A stretch of 64,000 bases of DNA from the IMG/VR virus record IMGVR_UViG_3300047322_001016; one strand, 5' to 3'. The notes beneath the pieces are model-generated. The model had not been told where the DNA came from. It was given only the letters and a program-made list of their open reading frames with translations, and ran no database searches. The translations under genes were made by a program, and so were the position numbers. Source of the stretch: an uncultured virus (IMG/VR IMGVR_UViG_3300047322_001016) (lineage: Duplodnaviria > Heunggongvirae > Uroviricota > Caudoviricetes). Positions 50,074 to 59,157 of the stretch are shown here, piece by piece. The first letter of the stretch is position 1. Every line of letters begins with the position of its first letter.

Positions 50074-51414
50074 GTGATTGTCCAGCACTGCGTCCACGCG
50101 TACTCGACGAGCTCGTTCTCGTTCAGTCCTGGCGGATACGCAACCTGCACATCGCTCGACGCGTCCGTTGTCGACACCGACGGCTACTTCAGCGCCGGCG
50201 CGCCTGACCGGATCACCTTCCCCGACGGCGGCGTCCACCTGACGCTCGTGTTCCCGACGCTCTTCAACGCAGGGTTTCCCTGCCGAGCCACGATGCTCCT
50301 GAACGGCAGCCCGGTCGCGTATGAGTACAAGTTTTCGGGCTTCGCGGCTCACCCGGTGGAGAACTCGGGCGTCATGGCGATCTGGCTAGACGACATGTCT
50401 CCCGGTGATTACATCGGCGCCGAGGTCGGGTGTTTCCCGTACGAGTTCTCTCCCGCGACTCGGTTCGGCGCCTTGCAAATCGTGTCCGTCAAACTCGACG
50501 CGTTCTCCGCTCACGTCGGCTCCACGAGCGCGTCTTCGACCTTCCCGCGGACATACGGCACCACGATCTACGACCCGAACGGGATGCACACGAGTTCGTC
50601 GCGGCTGACGGCGCAGAAGGCCGGGTACTACATCGTGCTCGCGACGAGCGATGATCCCGGCGAAATCAAGATCTGCCAGAACGGCTCAGGGAGCCCGCTT
50701 AACGGCTCCTACGGCAACAACGTGGGCGAGGCCGACCCGCGCATGAACGGCGGCACATCCGACTTCGCCGTCGGCTGGTTCGATGTCGGCGACTACGTCG
50801 AGGTCAGGGGAACCGGCACCATCAGCGCCCGCCAGTTCATCATGGCCTATCTCGGGGACAGCAACTCGTGCATCGGATACTCCTATAACAGTCGCGACCA
50901 GGGGAACAATTCTCCTGACTTCATCTCGACGATGCTGATGGACTCGGCGTTCATCGACACATGTGAGGGCCTCGTGTCTGGAAACCTCAGGATGCTCGAG
51001 GGATACCACTTCGGGATGGCGAAGATCAGCACGGATGGCGGCACGTTCGTCCAGAACGACGGCGTCCATTGCGAGTTGAACGGGACTCAACTCGGCGCGC
51101 CTATCTTGTCATCCGTCCGCCACTCGCGAGGGGCGGAGACGACAGCGATCGCAGCAACATGTTTTTCGGCGTCTCTCGGAGATCTCTTCAACGGCTACTG
51201 GACGGCGTCCGGAACTTTTATTGAGACGCTCTACGCGCCGCACTCGAACGTGTTCGTCACTGACCCGGCCTCCGCCCGGGTGCGTATCTACTCCTTCGCG
51301 GATGCCGTCTTCCCGAATTCACAGGACCCCGCAAGCACGACGCCAGCATCTGGGGGAGACCAGATCGTCTCGATGTACTGGAGTTGCGGCCCTCTCACTG
51401 AAGAGGGCCCCTAG
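50074..51414 (+). CDS. Minor tail / virion protein (tandem C1q/TNF-like beta domains)
   Basis: Repeated xDTxG...RITxxxxGxY and xGDYV motifs. Confidence 0.55.
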   Translation: MIVQHCVHAYSTSSFSFSPGGYATCTSLDASVVDTDGYFSAGAPDRITFPDGGVHLTLVFPTLFNAGFPCRATMLLNGSPVAYEYKFSGFAAHPVENSGVMAIWLDDMSPGDYIGAEVGCFPYEFSPATRFGALQIVSVKLDAFSAHVGSTSASSTFPRTYGTTIYDPNGMHTSSSRLTAQKAGYYIVLATSDDPGEIKICQNGSGSPLNGSYGNNVGEADPRMNGGTSDFAVGWFDVGDYVEVRGTGTISARQFIMAYLGDSNSCIGYSYNSRDQGNNSPDFISTMLMDSAFIDTCEGLVSGNLRMLEGYHFGMAKISTDGGTFVQNDGVHCELNGTQLGAPILSSVRHSRGAETTAIAATCFSASLGDLFNGYWTASGTFIETLYAPHSNVFVTDPASARVRIYSFADAVFPNSQDPASTTPASGGDQIVSMYWSCGPLTEEGP

Positions 51415-51980
51415 TACTTGCGAAAGGCGAGCCCGCTCCTGGCGTAGTGGTTGTTCGGGTCGGTGTTGATGTCGGCGAGGGCGCGCGTCACCCGAGTGAG
51501 TTGGTCGTCGTAGCGGAACCCGTTCGCCGCCATGACGCCAATCCAGTATTCGGTTCCCTGGCAGTTCACATGGTGGTATCCGGGTTGTCCCGGGCCAGCG
51601 TGCGTCATCAGGACGAGCGGTGCTCTGGCGAAGTCGATGAGAAAGTTGTCGATGTACCGCTCTTCGATGTGTTCGACGAACTCGCATGACCAAACCATGC
51701 CCCACCCCGGTACTCCGGTCTCTCCCATCGGGCACCGGCCTGCGGTGTAGTCGTGCCGGAGGATTGCCTTGTGTTCCTGGGGCATTCCCTCGATCCCGAG
51801 CACATCGCAGCCGAGCTCGGCAAAGAAGTCGAGTGCGATTCCTTCACCGCAGCCGACGTCGAGGACAGAACGGATTCCCTCTGACTCGACGATCCACTTC
51901 CACAGATCCGGGTAGAACGTGGCCGGATCGCCGCCGCGGATATAGCCACCCAGATGCCCGTCGGTGACGAACTCGGTCAC
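51411..51980 (-). CDS. Class I SAM-dependent methyltransferase
   Basis: SVLDVGCGEG, WSCEFVEHI, PGQPGYHHVNC. Confidence 0.8.
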   Translation of the reverse strand: MTEFVTDGHLGGYIRGGDPATFYPDLWKWIVESEGIRSVLDVGCGEGIALDFFAELGCDVLGIEGMPQEHKAILRHDYTAGRCPMGETGVPGWGMVWSCEFVEHIEERYIDNFLIDFARAPLVLMTHAGPGQPGYHHVNCQGTEYWIGVMAANGFRYDDQLTRVTRALADINTDPNNHYARSGLAFRKY

Positions 51981-53140
51981 GCGGCGCGGGGCTGGCCAGC
52001 CATGTTGACGATGCTCCGCGCCGGAGTCGCGTGCGAAGTGCCCGCGTACCAGCCGCCCTCGTAGAGTCCGAGCAACTGCTTGAACCAGCGGTCGTACTCG
52101 GGGCCGACGGCGTCGAGCGAGTAGCGCTCGAGCGCGCGACGGCGGATCTCGACCGGGTCAAGGGCGGCTGCCTGTTCGACCGCGTCGACGCCTTCGCGGA
52201 GGGTGCGGAAACGGTATCCGCCCGCACCCTGGATGATCGTTTCCGGGAACGCGCCCCAGTCGGTGGCGATCGCCGGCGTGCCGCAGATCTGCGCTTCCAC
52301 CGCGACCGCCCCGAACGGCTCGATGTAGGTGGTGGGGCAGATCAGGGCTCGGGCGCCGGCCATCAGGCGGGCGCGTTCGTCGCCGCCGACGGTGCCGACG
52401 TACTCCATGTCGACGCCGTCGAAGCCCCATCCTTCGCACTCGATCCGCGTCGAGCTCGCGGACGTGACCCCGGAGCCGGCGAACTTGATCGGCATCCCCA
52501 CTTCCTGCGCGATCTGGGCCGCGACATGCGGGCCTTTGCGCGCGATCATCCGGCCGACGAAGAGCAGGTAGTCGCCGCCGCCCTGGTTGACCGGCCACTC
52601 GTCCTCGTCGAAGAAGTTCGGGATCACCGTGTCGTACCAGCGTCCGTCTTTGATGCCCCTGTTCCCGTATCCCCAGTTCATCCAGGCGTAGGACTCGAAG
52701 CAGACGTAGGGAAGATGCCAACCCTCATATCCAGCGGCCCACTCGCAGGCGAGATAGTTGGGCAGAGCCTGCGTGATCCTTTCCTGCGCCAGGCCGGCGA
52801 GGATGAGCAGAAGGTCTCCGTGCTCCCAGCGGCTCGCGATCTCTGCGACCGCTCGTCCGTTCATCGTTCGCCACTGCACGTCTGCGGCGTTCCAGGTGGC
52901 TCGAGACGGGAGCGTGTTCGCGTCGAGGTCGCCGTACCAGGCCTTCTGTTCTTCCCGCGTGTAAAGCGGGACGTGCTCGTCGCATTCTGCCTCGTTGTCT
53001 TCGCCCCAGTAGAGGATGGTGCGATAGCCCAGCCGGCGCATCATGCGCGAGAATTTCATCGCCTTCGTGGTGAAAGCGCAGACGCTGACATCTTTCGTCG
53101 TCATCGTGTGCGGCAAGCCCACAATGTGGAGCGTTGTCAC
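51977..53140 (-). CDS. GT4 family (GT-B) glycosyltransferase
   Basis: LLFVGRMIARKG, EPFGAVAVEAQICGTP; likely leaderless GTG start at 53140. Confidence 0.85.
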   Translation of the reverse strand: MTTLHIVGLPHTMTTKDVSVCAFTTKAMKFSRMMRRLGYRTILYWGEDNEAECDEHVPLYTREEQKAWYGDLDANTLPSRATWNAADVQWRTMNGRAVAEIASRWEHGDLLLILAGLAQERITQALPNYLACEWAAGYEGWHLPYVCFESYAWMNWGYGNRGIKDGRWYDTVIPNFFDEDEWPVNQGGGDYLLFVGRMIARKGPHVAAQIAQEVGMPIKFAGSGVTSASSTRIECEGWGFDGVDMEYVGTVGGDERARLMAGARALICPTTYIEPFGAVAVEAQICGTPAIATDWGAFPETIIQGAGGYRFRTLREGVDAVEQAAALDPVEIRRRALERYSLDAVGPEYDRWFKQLLGLYEGGWYAGTSHATPARSIVNMAGQPRAA

Positions 53141-53184
53141 GAAGTGGAGGATATATACCGGATCGGAAGCCGCGATGAAATGGC

Positions 53185-53205
53185 GACCGGTTCGCCAGGC
53201 ACACT
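53185..53205 (+). promoter_or_regulatory. Putative promoter of the lysis cassette (GACCGGT-N8-CACACT)
   Basis: Same motif and spacing as 17674 and 22420. Confidence 0.45.
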
Positions 53206-53245
53206 GTTCGTGACCGCATCCCGCTGGATAGGGAGGGAATCCGCC

Positions 53246-53362
53246 ATGTCGACGACCGAAAGCCCTGTTGTGGATCCTGCTGATCTTCCTCTTGATCAGC
53301 CGCAAGGACCGGACGGCGACGACCGTGGCAACGATCTGCCCGACGAGGCAGAGAAGCCATGA
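53246..53362 (+). CDS. 38-aa acidic peptide
   Basis: GGGAGGG RBS; ATGA coupling to the endolysin. Confidence 0.45.
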   Translation: MSTTESPVVDPADLPLDQPQGPDGDDRGNDLPDEAEKP

Positions 53363-54066
53363 CCGTCGTCCCGTTCGTTAGGCCGTTGCATCCGGGGAAG
53401 CCGCTTGAGCACGGCCAGGACGTCACGGCCGTCCAGCGTGCGCTCCGTGACGCCGGCTCGCTGACGAAACCGGTTGTGGCGGCCGCCTACGCCGAGAACA
53501 CGTGGGACGCGGTCGGCGTGTTCCAGCGGTCGGTGAAGCTGACGGCCGACAACATTTACGGCCCTTCGACCCATTTGAAGCTGGCGCCGCATTTCGACGA
53601 CTACGGCCGTTGGCTGCTCGTCCAAGGCAAAAACGATTTGAGGCCCGACCCGCGCGAGCTGGTGGTGCAGACCGCCTACTGGTATTACGGACAACGCTAC
53701 AAGATCGCGTACGACGAGGGAAGGCCGATCCCGACGGTGTACTACGGGATCAAGCCGCCGCAAACACCGCCGCATCTCGACTGCTCGGGTTTGGCGATCA
53801 CCTGCTACTGGGTGAACGGGCTCGCCGCGGTTCTGGGTGACGAAAACGCGCACGGGTTCGGGAACACGTATTCGCTTGCCCGCCACGGCAAAGTGATTTC
53901 GTCGGCGACCGCAAGGCCGGGAGACCTGATCTTCTACTATCCCGGCTGCTCCCATGTCGCCGTGTACGTCGGCAACGGCCGCGTAATCTCGAACGGGCAC
54001 TACCCGATGGGTTTGTTCGACATGCACTACGCGCCGATCTGGGGCGCCAGGAGCTACCTGGCGTGA
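53359..54066 (+). CDS. Endolysin: peptidoglycan-binding domain + NlpC/P60 peptidase
   Basis: VTAVQRAL...FQRSVKLTADNIYGPST (PG-binding 1); LDCSG, PGDLIFY, HVAVYVG. Confidence 0.85.
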   Translation: MTVVPFVRPLHPGKPLEHGQDVTAVQRALRDAGSLTKPVVAAAYAENTWDAVGVFQRSVKLTADNIYGPSTHLKLAPHFDDYGRWLLVQGKNDLRPDPRELVVQTAYWYYGQRYKIAYDEGRPIPTVYYGIKPPQTPPHLDCSGLAITCYWVNGLAAVLGDENAHGFGNTYSLARHGKVISSATARPGDLIFYYPGCSHVAVYVGNGRVISNGHYPMGLFDMHYAPIWGARSYLA

Positions 54067-54225
54067 TTCTTCTTTACGCGTTGAAGGTGACCGGGTTCAT
54101 GGCCGCGACTGCCGTCACATGGCTGTGGGCGAAAGGCGACTGCTCCCTAGCGATGCTGGCGGCCCCGATGCTTTGCATGATGTGGTACGCGACACGCCAG
54201 CGCGCGCGCCGGAGGGCGCGAGGAA

Positions 54226-54477
54226 GTGGCGAAGCGTGAAGGCGCCTGGAGCAGCGAAACTGTTCTGTTGGCGCTCGGATGTGTTGTCGTCGGGGCGTGG
54301 GTGATCGCTGTGCTGGTTGAGGCGGCGTTCCCTTCGCACGTCGTTCCGCCTGAGGTTCACGGGATCGTGTTCGTGGTTGCGACGTCGCTGTTCGGCGGCG
54401 CGGCCTACGCGAACAAGAAAAACGGGAACAACGGTGGCGTCAACGGAAAGAATGGAGGCAACGGAAATGGCTCCTGA
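54226..54477 (+). CDS. Two-TM membrane protein (holin-like)
   Basis: Two hydrophobic helices, in the lysis cassette. Confidence 0.55.
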   Translation: MAKREGAWSSETVLLALGCVVVGAWVIAVLVEAAFPSHVVPPEVHGIVFVVATSLFGGAAYANKKNGNNGGVNGKNGGNGNGS

Positions 54478-54874
54478 AATCCATAAGGCGCCGCGGCGCT
54501 GGATCATCATTTCGCTTGCGGTCGTCATCTTGGGTCTGATCTCGATCGGGACCGCCGCTTACACCGTCACGGTCGCGCAAAGATCGGACGAGCAGCAGGC
54601 CGAGATTTTGGCGTTGAAGGTGAAGGCGAAAGCGACGGAACAGTTGCGTGCGTCGGAGAGACGCGCCGCGAAGCTGCGGGCACAGTCGGAGTGCCGCTCG
54701 TCGAAAAAGACCACTCGGCAGACGCGAACGATCATCGAGGACCTCCGGGCGACATATCTCGAGCTGGCGGCGAACTCGATCAACCCAGCCAACGTCGCGA
54801 TTCTGCGGCGCCGCGCCAAGCATCTTCCGATGTTCAAGGTTCCGCACTGCTACCCGGGTCCGAAGGATTCCTGA
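54467..54874 (+). CDS. Single-TM coiled-coil protein (lysis accessory)
   Basis: N-terminal TM, coiled coil, two Cys. Confidence 0.55.
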   Translation: MAPEIHKAPRRWIIISLAVVILGLISIGTAAYTVTVAQRSDEQQAEILALKVKAKATEQLRASERRAAKLRAQSECRSSKKTTRQTRTIIEDLRATYLELAANSINPANVAILRRRAKHLPMFKVPHCYPGPKDS

Positions 54875-55236
54875 TGTCTCCGCGTAATGCGAGGGCCAGG
54901 ACGCTGTATTTCCTGATCATCATGAACGTCGTCCTTGCGGCCTTCTTGGTTGGCGGCGTCGTGCAGGTGACGATCCTCCACGACCGGGTCAACACCACCC
55001 AGAAGCGTCTCGACGTGACGCAGAGACGGGTCAGCGTCACCCAGAAGCGGGTTGACGCGACGCAGCAGCGTCTGGACGCCACGGAGGCCCACAACTACGC
55101 GGGCTGCCTGCGAGGCAACGTGTTGCGCGAAGCGGCGAGGTTCGCGCTGGAGAAACTCGGGTCGCCAGGGCGCGCGGCGCAACCCGCGTTGAGAAAGCAA
55201 CCATGCGCGCTCATCTATCCAGGAGGCTCACCATGA
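54874..55236 (+). CDS. Single-TM coiled-coil protein (lysis accessory)
   Basis: N-terminal TM, heptad TQKRLDV repeats, two Cys. Confidence 0.55.
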   Translation: MSPRNARARTLYFLIIMNVVLAAFLVGGVVQVTILHDRVNTTQKRLDVTQRRVSVTQKRVDATQQRLDATEAHNYAGCLRGNVLREAARFALEKLGSPGRAAQPALRKQPCALIYPGGSP

Positions 55237-55586
55237 AGTACCTGAAGGCGTTCGTCACGATCGTGGTCGCCACGGCGGGAGCGCTCGTCGTCGCTCTCGG
55301 AACGACCTCGACCGGCAACTTCGGCGACATCGACACAAAAACCTGGCTGATCGCCGTCTTGGCCGTCCTCGGCTCGGGAGGTCTGGTCGCGTTCGTCGAG
55401 AACCTGCCACAGGTCGCATCCGGCGTCATCAAGACGATCGTGGCCGGACTCACCGCCGGGATCGCGTCGCTGGTCGTGGCCCTCGACGACAACATGATCA
55501 GCTCGGCAGAATGGCTGACAGCGTTCTCGGCTGCTGCCGTCGCGACCGGTCTCGTCTACCAGGTCGCCAACAAGCCTCCCGCCTGA
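55233..55586 (+). CDS. Holin (4 TM, internally duplicated)
   Basis: AGGAGG RBS; YLKAFV...EWL...GLVYQVAN pattern of actinophage holins. Confidence 0.7.
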   Translation: MKYLKAFVTIVVATAGALVVALGTTSTGNFGDIDTKTWLIAVLAVLGSGGLVAFVENLPQVASGVIKTIVAGLTAGIASLVVALDDNMISSAEWLTAFSAAAVATGLVYQVANKPPA

Positions 55587-55591
55587 ACCGG

Positions 55592-55688
55592 AAAAGACCG
55601 CGTGCCGTCCCCACTCCCCCCGGTACGCGGAAAAACGGCCGACACGCCAGACGCGGTTCCCTCCCGCTGGCGTGTCGGCCGTCTTCTT
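55592..55688. terminator. Tandem-hairpin bidirectional terminator between late and early arms
   Basis: 10-bp stem 55598-55607/55621-55630 and perfect 16-bp stem 55635-55650/55667-55682, flanked by A and T runs. Confidence 0.75.
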
Positions 55689-55709
55689 GGGCCGGAACCC
55701 AAGCCTGTT

Positions 55710-56255
55710 CTAGGTTGTGACGCCCAGGTTTCTGGTGATCCTGTCGCGGTCTTCGGTTCGGGCGAGGTCGAACACCGGCACCGTGTAGGCGTTCGCGACC
55801 CTGATCGCCTGGCCGGTGCCGCCGCCGCCGCGTCCTCCTTCCGTCCAGCAGATCACAAACGACGACGTTTCGTGTGACTTGACCGGGGTGGGGCCGAGGA
55901 TCTGGTGGACGTTGCGGGCCTGCAGCTTCCTGCCGCCGAAGCTGAGCGAGCCCCAGGCGGGATGGTGTCGCTCCGCGATCGGGAACGTCCACTGTTCCGG
56001 CTCTTCCAGCAACTCGACGCCCGTCCGATAGTCGTCGTAGTCGCGGCCCTCGAATCCTTTCCACGGCAGAAACAGCTCGGCCGTCGCGAACTCGGACGCC
56101 ATCATTCCCGCTTCGAACGCGGTGTCGGCGCCCGGGGCGCAGCCGGAGCGCAACGTCCATTGTTTCTCTCCCAGCAGATACGCGATCTGGAACATCAGCT
56201 CCAGGATCTCTTCCGGGGTGTTCCGGCTTCCGATACCGGCGTAGAAGCCACTCAA
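55710..56255 (-). CDS. SLOG / DprA-Smf-like phage protein
   Basis: YAGIGSRNTP, LRSGCAPGAD, LFLPW, ARNVHQILG, GGGTGQAIRVA; TTG start overlapping the upstream stop. Confidence 0.8.
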   Translation of the reverse strand: MSGFYAGIGSRNTPEEILELMFQIAYLLGEKQWTLRSGCAPGADTAFEAGMMASEFATAELFLPWKGFEGRDYDDYRTGVELLEEPEQWTFPIAERHHPAWGSLSFGGRKLQARNVHQILGPTPVKSHETSSFVICWTEGGRGGGGTGQAIRVANAYTVPVFDLARTEDRDRITRNLGVTT

Positions 56256-56608
56256 CGGCGTCTTCGTGTTTGCAGCTTCTGTTTCGCCAGGTGCAAAGGC
56301 ATCCCGAAGATCACGGTCACGACGAGCAGGCCCTCGTCGGGGTCTTCCCGCATCAGGTAGCCGCGTTTTTTGTCTTGCGTCCAGACGAAGAAGGTGTTTT
56401 GTTCCCGCACCATCCAACGGTCGCCGATCTTCGACGACAGCTCGAGCGGCGGAACCCTGCCGTGGCGTCCGCTGTCGATCGCGTCCATCACTTCCCGGTG
56501 CACGAGCTGGGCTTGGTCGTCGTCGCTCATGCCGTCGATCAGCTCGGGGAAGCGCTGCTCGAGCCGTTCGAACGCGTGGATGGTGACGACGAAGTCTGTG
56601 GACGTCAT
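56252..56608 (-). CDS. Hypothetical protein (TxHAxER motif)
   Basis: VTIHAFERLEQR...LVVTV pattern of BECR/RelE-like small proteins. Confidence 0.5.
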   Translation of the reverse strand: MTSTDFVVTIHAFERLEQRFPELIDGMSDDDQAQLVHREVMDAIDSGRHGRVPPLELSSKIGDRWMVREQNTFFVWTQDKKRGYLMREDPDEGLLVVTVIFGMPLHLAKQKLQTRRRR

Positions 56609-56636
56609 GGGCGGGCCCCCGTTCGGGCCCGCCCAT

Positions 56637-56650
56637 TCCGGAATTCCGGA
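56637..56650. repeat. Palindrome TCCGGAATTCCGGA (copy 4)
   Basis: Read directly; intergenic. Confidence 0.9.
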
Positions 56651-56657
56651 GCGACGC

Positions 56658-57461
56658 CTACGCGCAGGCCGCGTCGATACGCGGATCCCAGTTTGAAGAT
56701 GCGCCGTGTGTCCGCATGTAGGCCGCTGTCACGGCTTGGCCGAGCGGATGCCGCCACGAGTTCGTGCTTTCGCTGATGATGAACCCCTTGCTGCGAGCGT
56801 ACGCATAGGCGGTGTTGTTGTACGCGTCGAACGTCGACTCGTACATCTGCATCCATCCGCCGGCGGGAGACCCCTGCGAGTTCATCACGAAACGGCCGTT
56901 GCCGCCCTCGCCGCCCGAGCAGGAAAGCAGCCAGCTCTCGGTGCCGGGGAAGATCCTCTGCACCAAATGGACAGCTGTGTTCCAGTCCCAGACCGACGGG
57001 ATCGTGCGGTCCTTGATCACCTGGATTCTGTTGCGTGTCCGAAGCAGGTTCGCCCTGGTCCACAAACGGGCTTCCAGGTTCCAGCAGGCCCACTTTGGGG
57101 CGACGGCCCCATGACACGATTTGATCTGCCACTGCGGCGATGTGGGGAACGCTTCCAGGCCGCGGTAGTGGGGCTTCACCACGGTTAGCCAAGTCATCCA
57201 CATCCCCGTATAGTGCGCGAGGGCCTTTGTTTGGAATCGTTCGAGTTCGGCAAGGCTCATCTGTGAGACTGGCTTCGGTGCCTTGACTCTCCGTATGAGA
57301 GACACCGTGGCTTTCGAATGACGAGAGTGTGGCGTCTGTTTGGCGACGGGCGCCACTCTCTGTTTCTTTGGTGCTTCGCGCGCTGCTGCTGATCCTGCTA
57401 CTGCGAGAACGAACACTGTCGCCATCAGTAGCGCAGTGATCCATCGGGCATATGACCTCAC
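56658..57461 (-). CDS. Secreted lysozyme-like transglycosylase (Rpf-like C-terminal domain)
   Basis: Signal peptide (…LAVAGSAAA); CSGGEGG...N...GWMQMYESTF...W...QAVTAAY...NW...C. Confidence 0.6.
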   Translation of the reverse strand: MRSYARWITALLMATVFVLAVAGSAAAREAPKKQRVAPVAKQTPHSRHSKATVSLIRRVKAPKPVSQMSLAELERFQTKALAHYTGMWMTWLTVVKPHYRGLEAFPTSPQWQIKSCHGAVAPKWACWNLEARLWTRANLLRTRNRIQVIKDRTIPSVWDWNTAVHLVQRIFPGTESWLLSCSGGEGGNGRFVMNSQGSPAGGWMQMYESTFDAYNNTAYAYARSKGFIISESTNSWRHPLGQAVTAAYMRTHGASSNWDPRIDAACA

Positions 57462-57593
57462 GGTCGATAACCTCCGTCTGGCTTACAGGGCCGAGGCCCG
57501 AACGTACGGCTACCCCCACCAGGGGTGCCCGCCCAGGACTCTGGTTGTCTCTGTTAACCAGAACGGTACTTGGCCTTCTGGGAGAAAGCAAGG

Positions 57594-58061
57594 TCACGCC
57601 CCGGCCTTTCCAGGGGAAACAGAAACGGTCGGTGATCGCGGGATGACTTCCTTCGCTCTCGTGAGGATCTCCGCGTAGACCGGATTCGCCCCGGAAAGCT
57701 GCCTGACCAGCGACCCATCGATTTTGTATGACTGTTCGATCAGGACGAGCTCGTTGAATCGTTCCTCCGGCAGGCCGGCGTCGACGAGCTCGAGCAGGAC
57801 GTTGTAGTCCCACCGGGTTTCGTTGGGCGTCGTGATTTTCGCGACGTAGCCGCCTTCTCCTTCTTCGCTTCCGAAGTGAAGCGTTTTGCCGCCGACGCGC
57901 ACCGACTCGTTGACGATCGACTCGCGCAACGCGGCTTTCAGGTCTCGGATCCGCTGCTCGAGTTCTTTGATCTCGTACAGGGCCCGGGCGCACGAGGCCG
58001 GGTCGTCGAGCGAGATCACTTCTCCCGTGGTCGGGATGACGGCGAGCTCCATGCCGGTCAT
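57594..58061 (-). CDS. Hypothetical protein
   Basis: ATG 58061; PTTGEVI motif, helical core. Confidence 0.55.
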   Translation of the reverse strand: MTGMELAVIPTTGEVISLDDPASCARALYEIKELEQRIRDLKAALRESIVNESVRVGGKTLHFGSEEGEGGYVAKITTPNETRWDYNVLLELVDAGLPEERFNELVLIEQSYKIDGSLVRQLSGANPVYAEILTRAKEVIPRSPTVSVSPGKAGA

Positions 58062-58065
58062 GGTG

Positions 58066-58446
58066 CTACTCGTCTGCGGTGTCGTCGGCGGCGTCGTCGG
58101 TCGCGAAGGTGATCTGGAGCGTGATCGTTGGCTTCTCCGGCCGGAAGGAAGACACCGGCACAGCCGCGAAAAAGTACTTTTCGGCGTCGTCGATCCCGAC
58201 TTTTTTGGCTGCTTCCTTCTTCGCGTTCGTTTGCCCTTGCGTCGTGAAGCGGCCGGCGACGTCGAACGGGCCGGCGAAGCTTTCGCCGTACAGCACGACG
58301 TACTCGGTTGTCCGCCGTCCCTCAGCCGCGGCTGCGGCGGCACTCGGCGACGCTGGGGCCGTTGCGGGGGCCGGGGCGGGGGTTTCGTCCGCCGCCGCCG
58401 GCGTGGGGGAGACGTCGTCTCCCAGCAGCTCTGGTGTTTCGGTCAT
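58066..58446 (-). CDS. Hypothetical protein with Ala/Pro-rich N-terminus
   Basis: Strong RBS AAGGAGG. Confidence 0.6.
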   Translation of the reverse strand: MTETPELLGDDVSPTPAAADETPAPAPATAPASPSAAAAAAEGRRTTEYVVLYGESFAGPFDVAGRFTTQGQTNAKKEAAKKVGIDDAEKYFFAAVPVSSFRPEKPTITLQITFATDDAADDTADE

Positions 58447-58743
58447 CGTGTCCTCCTTGGTTGTGCTGGCGGAGCCAGCGCTTGGCTTCTCATGAAATTT
58501 TCATGAAACAGTCTTTGCCGCCGTGGTCGTGGGACGGATGCTCTCCACAGACCACGCAGAAGTCGGACTGTTCCGCGAACGCCGCGATCGCCGCCACCAT
58601 CGTTTCGTAGCGGCCGATGATCATCCGGGCGTAGCCGACACACACAGGGCATGTGACGACCGTGTTCCGTTCGCCGTGGTCGGGGCACACGACGGTCTGG
58701 TTCGCGTAGTTCGCTTCCCAGGTGATGTCTTCCAAAACGACTC

Positions 58744-59157
58744 CTAGACCTTGGGGATGTGGGCGATAAGATGGCCGTTCTCGTCTCTTCTGAAAGTGAC
58801 GCCCGACCGCAACGGCATTTCCGTTGAGACACCGTGCCGCTCGAACCAGTCGAGCAGCGCGACGGCGCTCCCCAGCTTCTCCGCGATGTAGCAGGCCACG
58901 TCGGGGCGGAACACGTCGATGTGCTCCGCGAGCAGCCTGCGGGCGACAGGGTCGGCGGCGTGGTAGCGGGTGTGGAGCGTGTCGCTGACACAAACGATGT
59001 TCGATCTCAGGTCGTCGCCGCCGTGCGACTTGAAGATCACATGGTGCAAATGGAGCCCGGCCGTGACACCGGTGATCGCGCATTCGTCGTACTCGTGTTT
59101 GAGTAGCTTCATCAGCTGCGGGTCTCTGATCCGCGCCGCCGCTTTGAAATCAGGCAT
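58744..59157 (-). CDS. HNH endonuclease
   Basis: CAITG..LHLHHVIFKSHGGDDLRSNIVCV...HTRYH. Confidence 0.75.
   Translation of the reverse strand: MPDFKAAARIRDPQLMKLLKHEYDECAITGVTAGLHLHHVIFKSHGGDDLRSNIVCVSDTLHTRYHAADPVARRLLAEHIDVFRPDVACYIAEKLGSAVALLDWFERHGVSTEMPLRSGVTFRRDENGHLIAHIPKV

Noticed and set aside
53141..53305. N-terminal extension of GT4 in the ORF track
   Set aside because: Overlaps the divergent promoter region and a plus-strand peptide; a leaderless GTG at 53140 fits better
57462..57590. c-di-AMP (ydaO) or ZTP riboswitch upstream of the transglycosylase
   Set aside because: The conserved sequence blocks of these families could not be matched by eye; kept only as a possible structured leader
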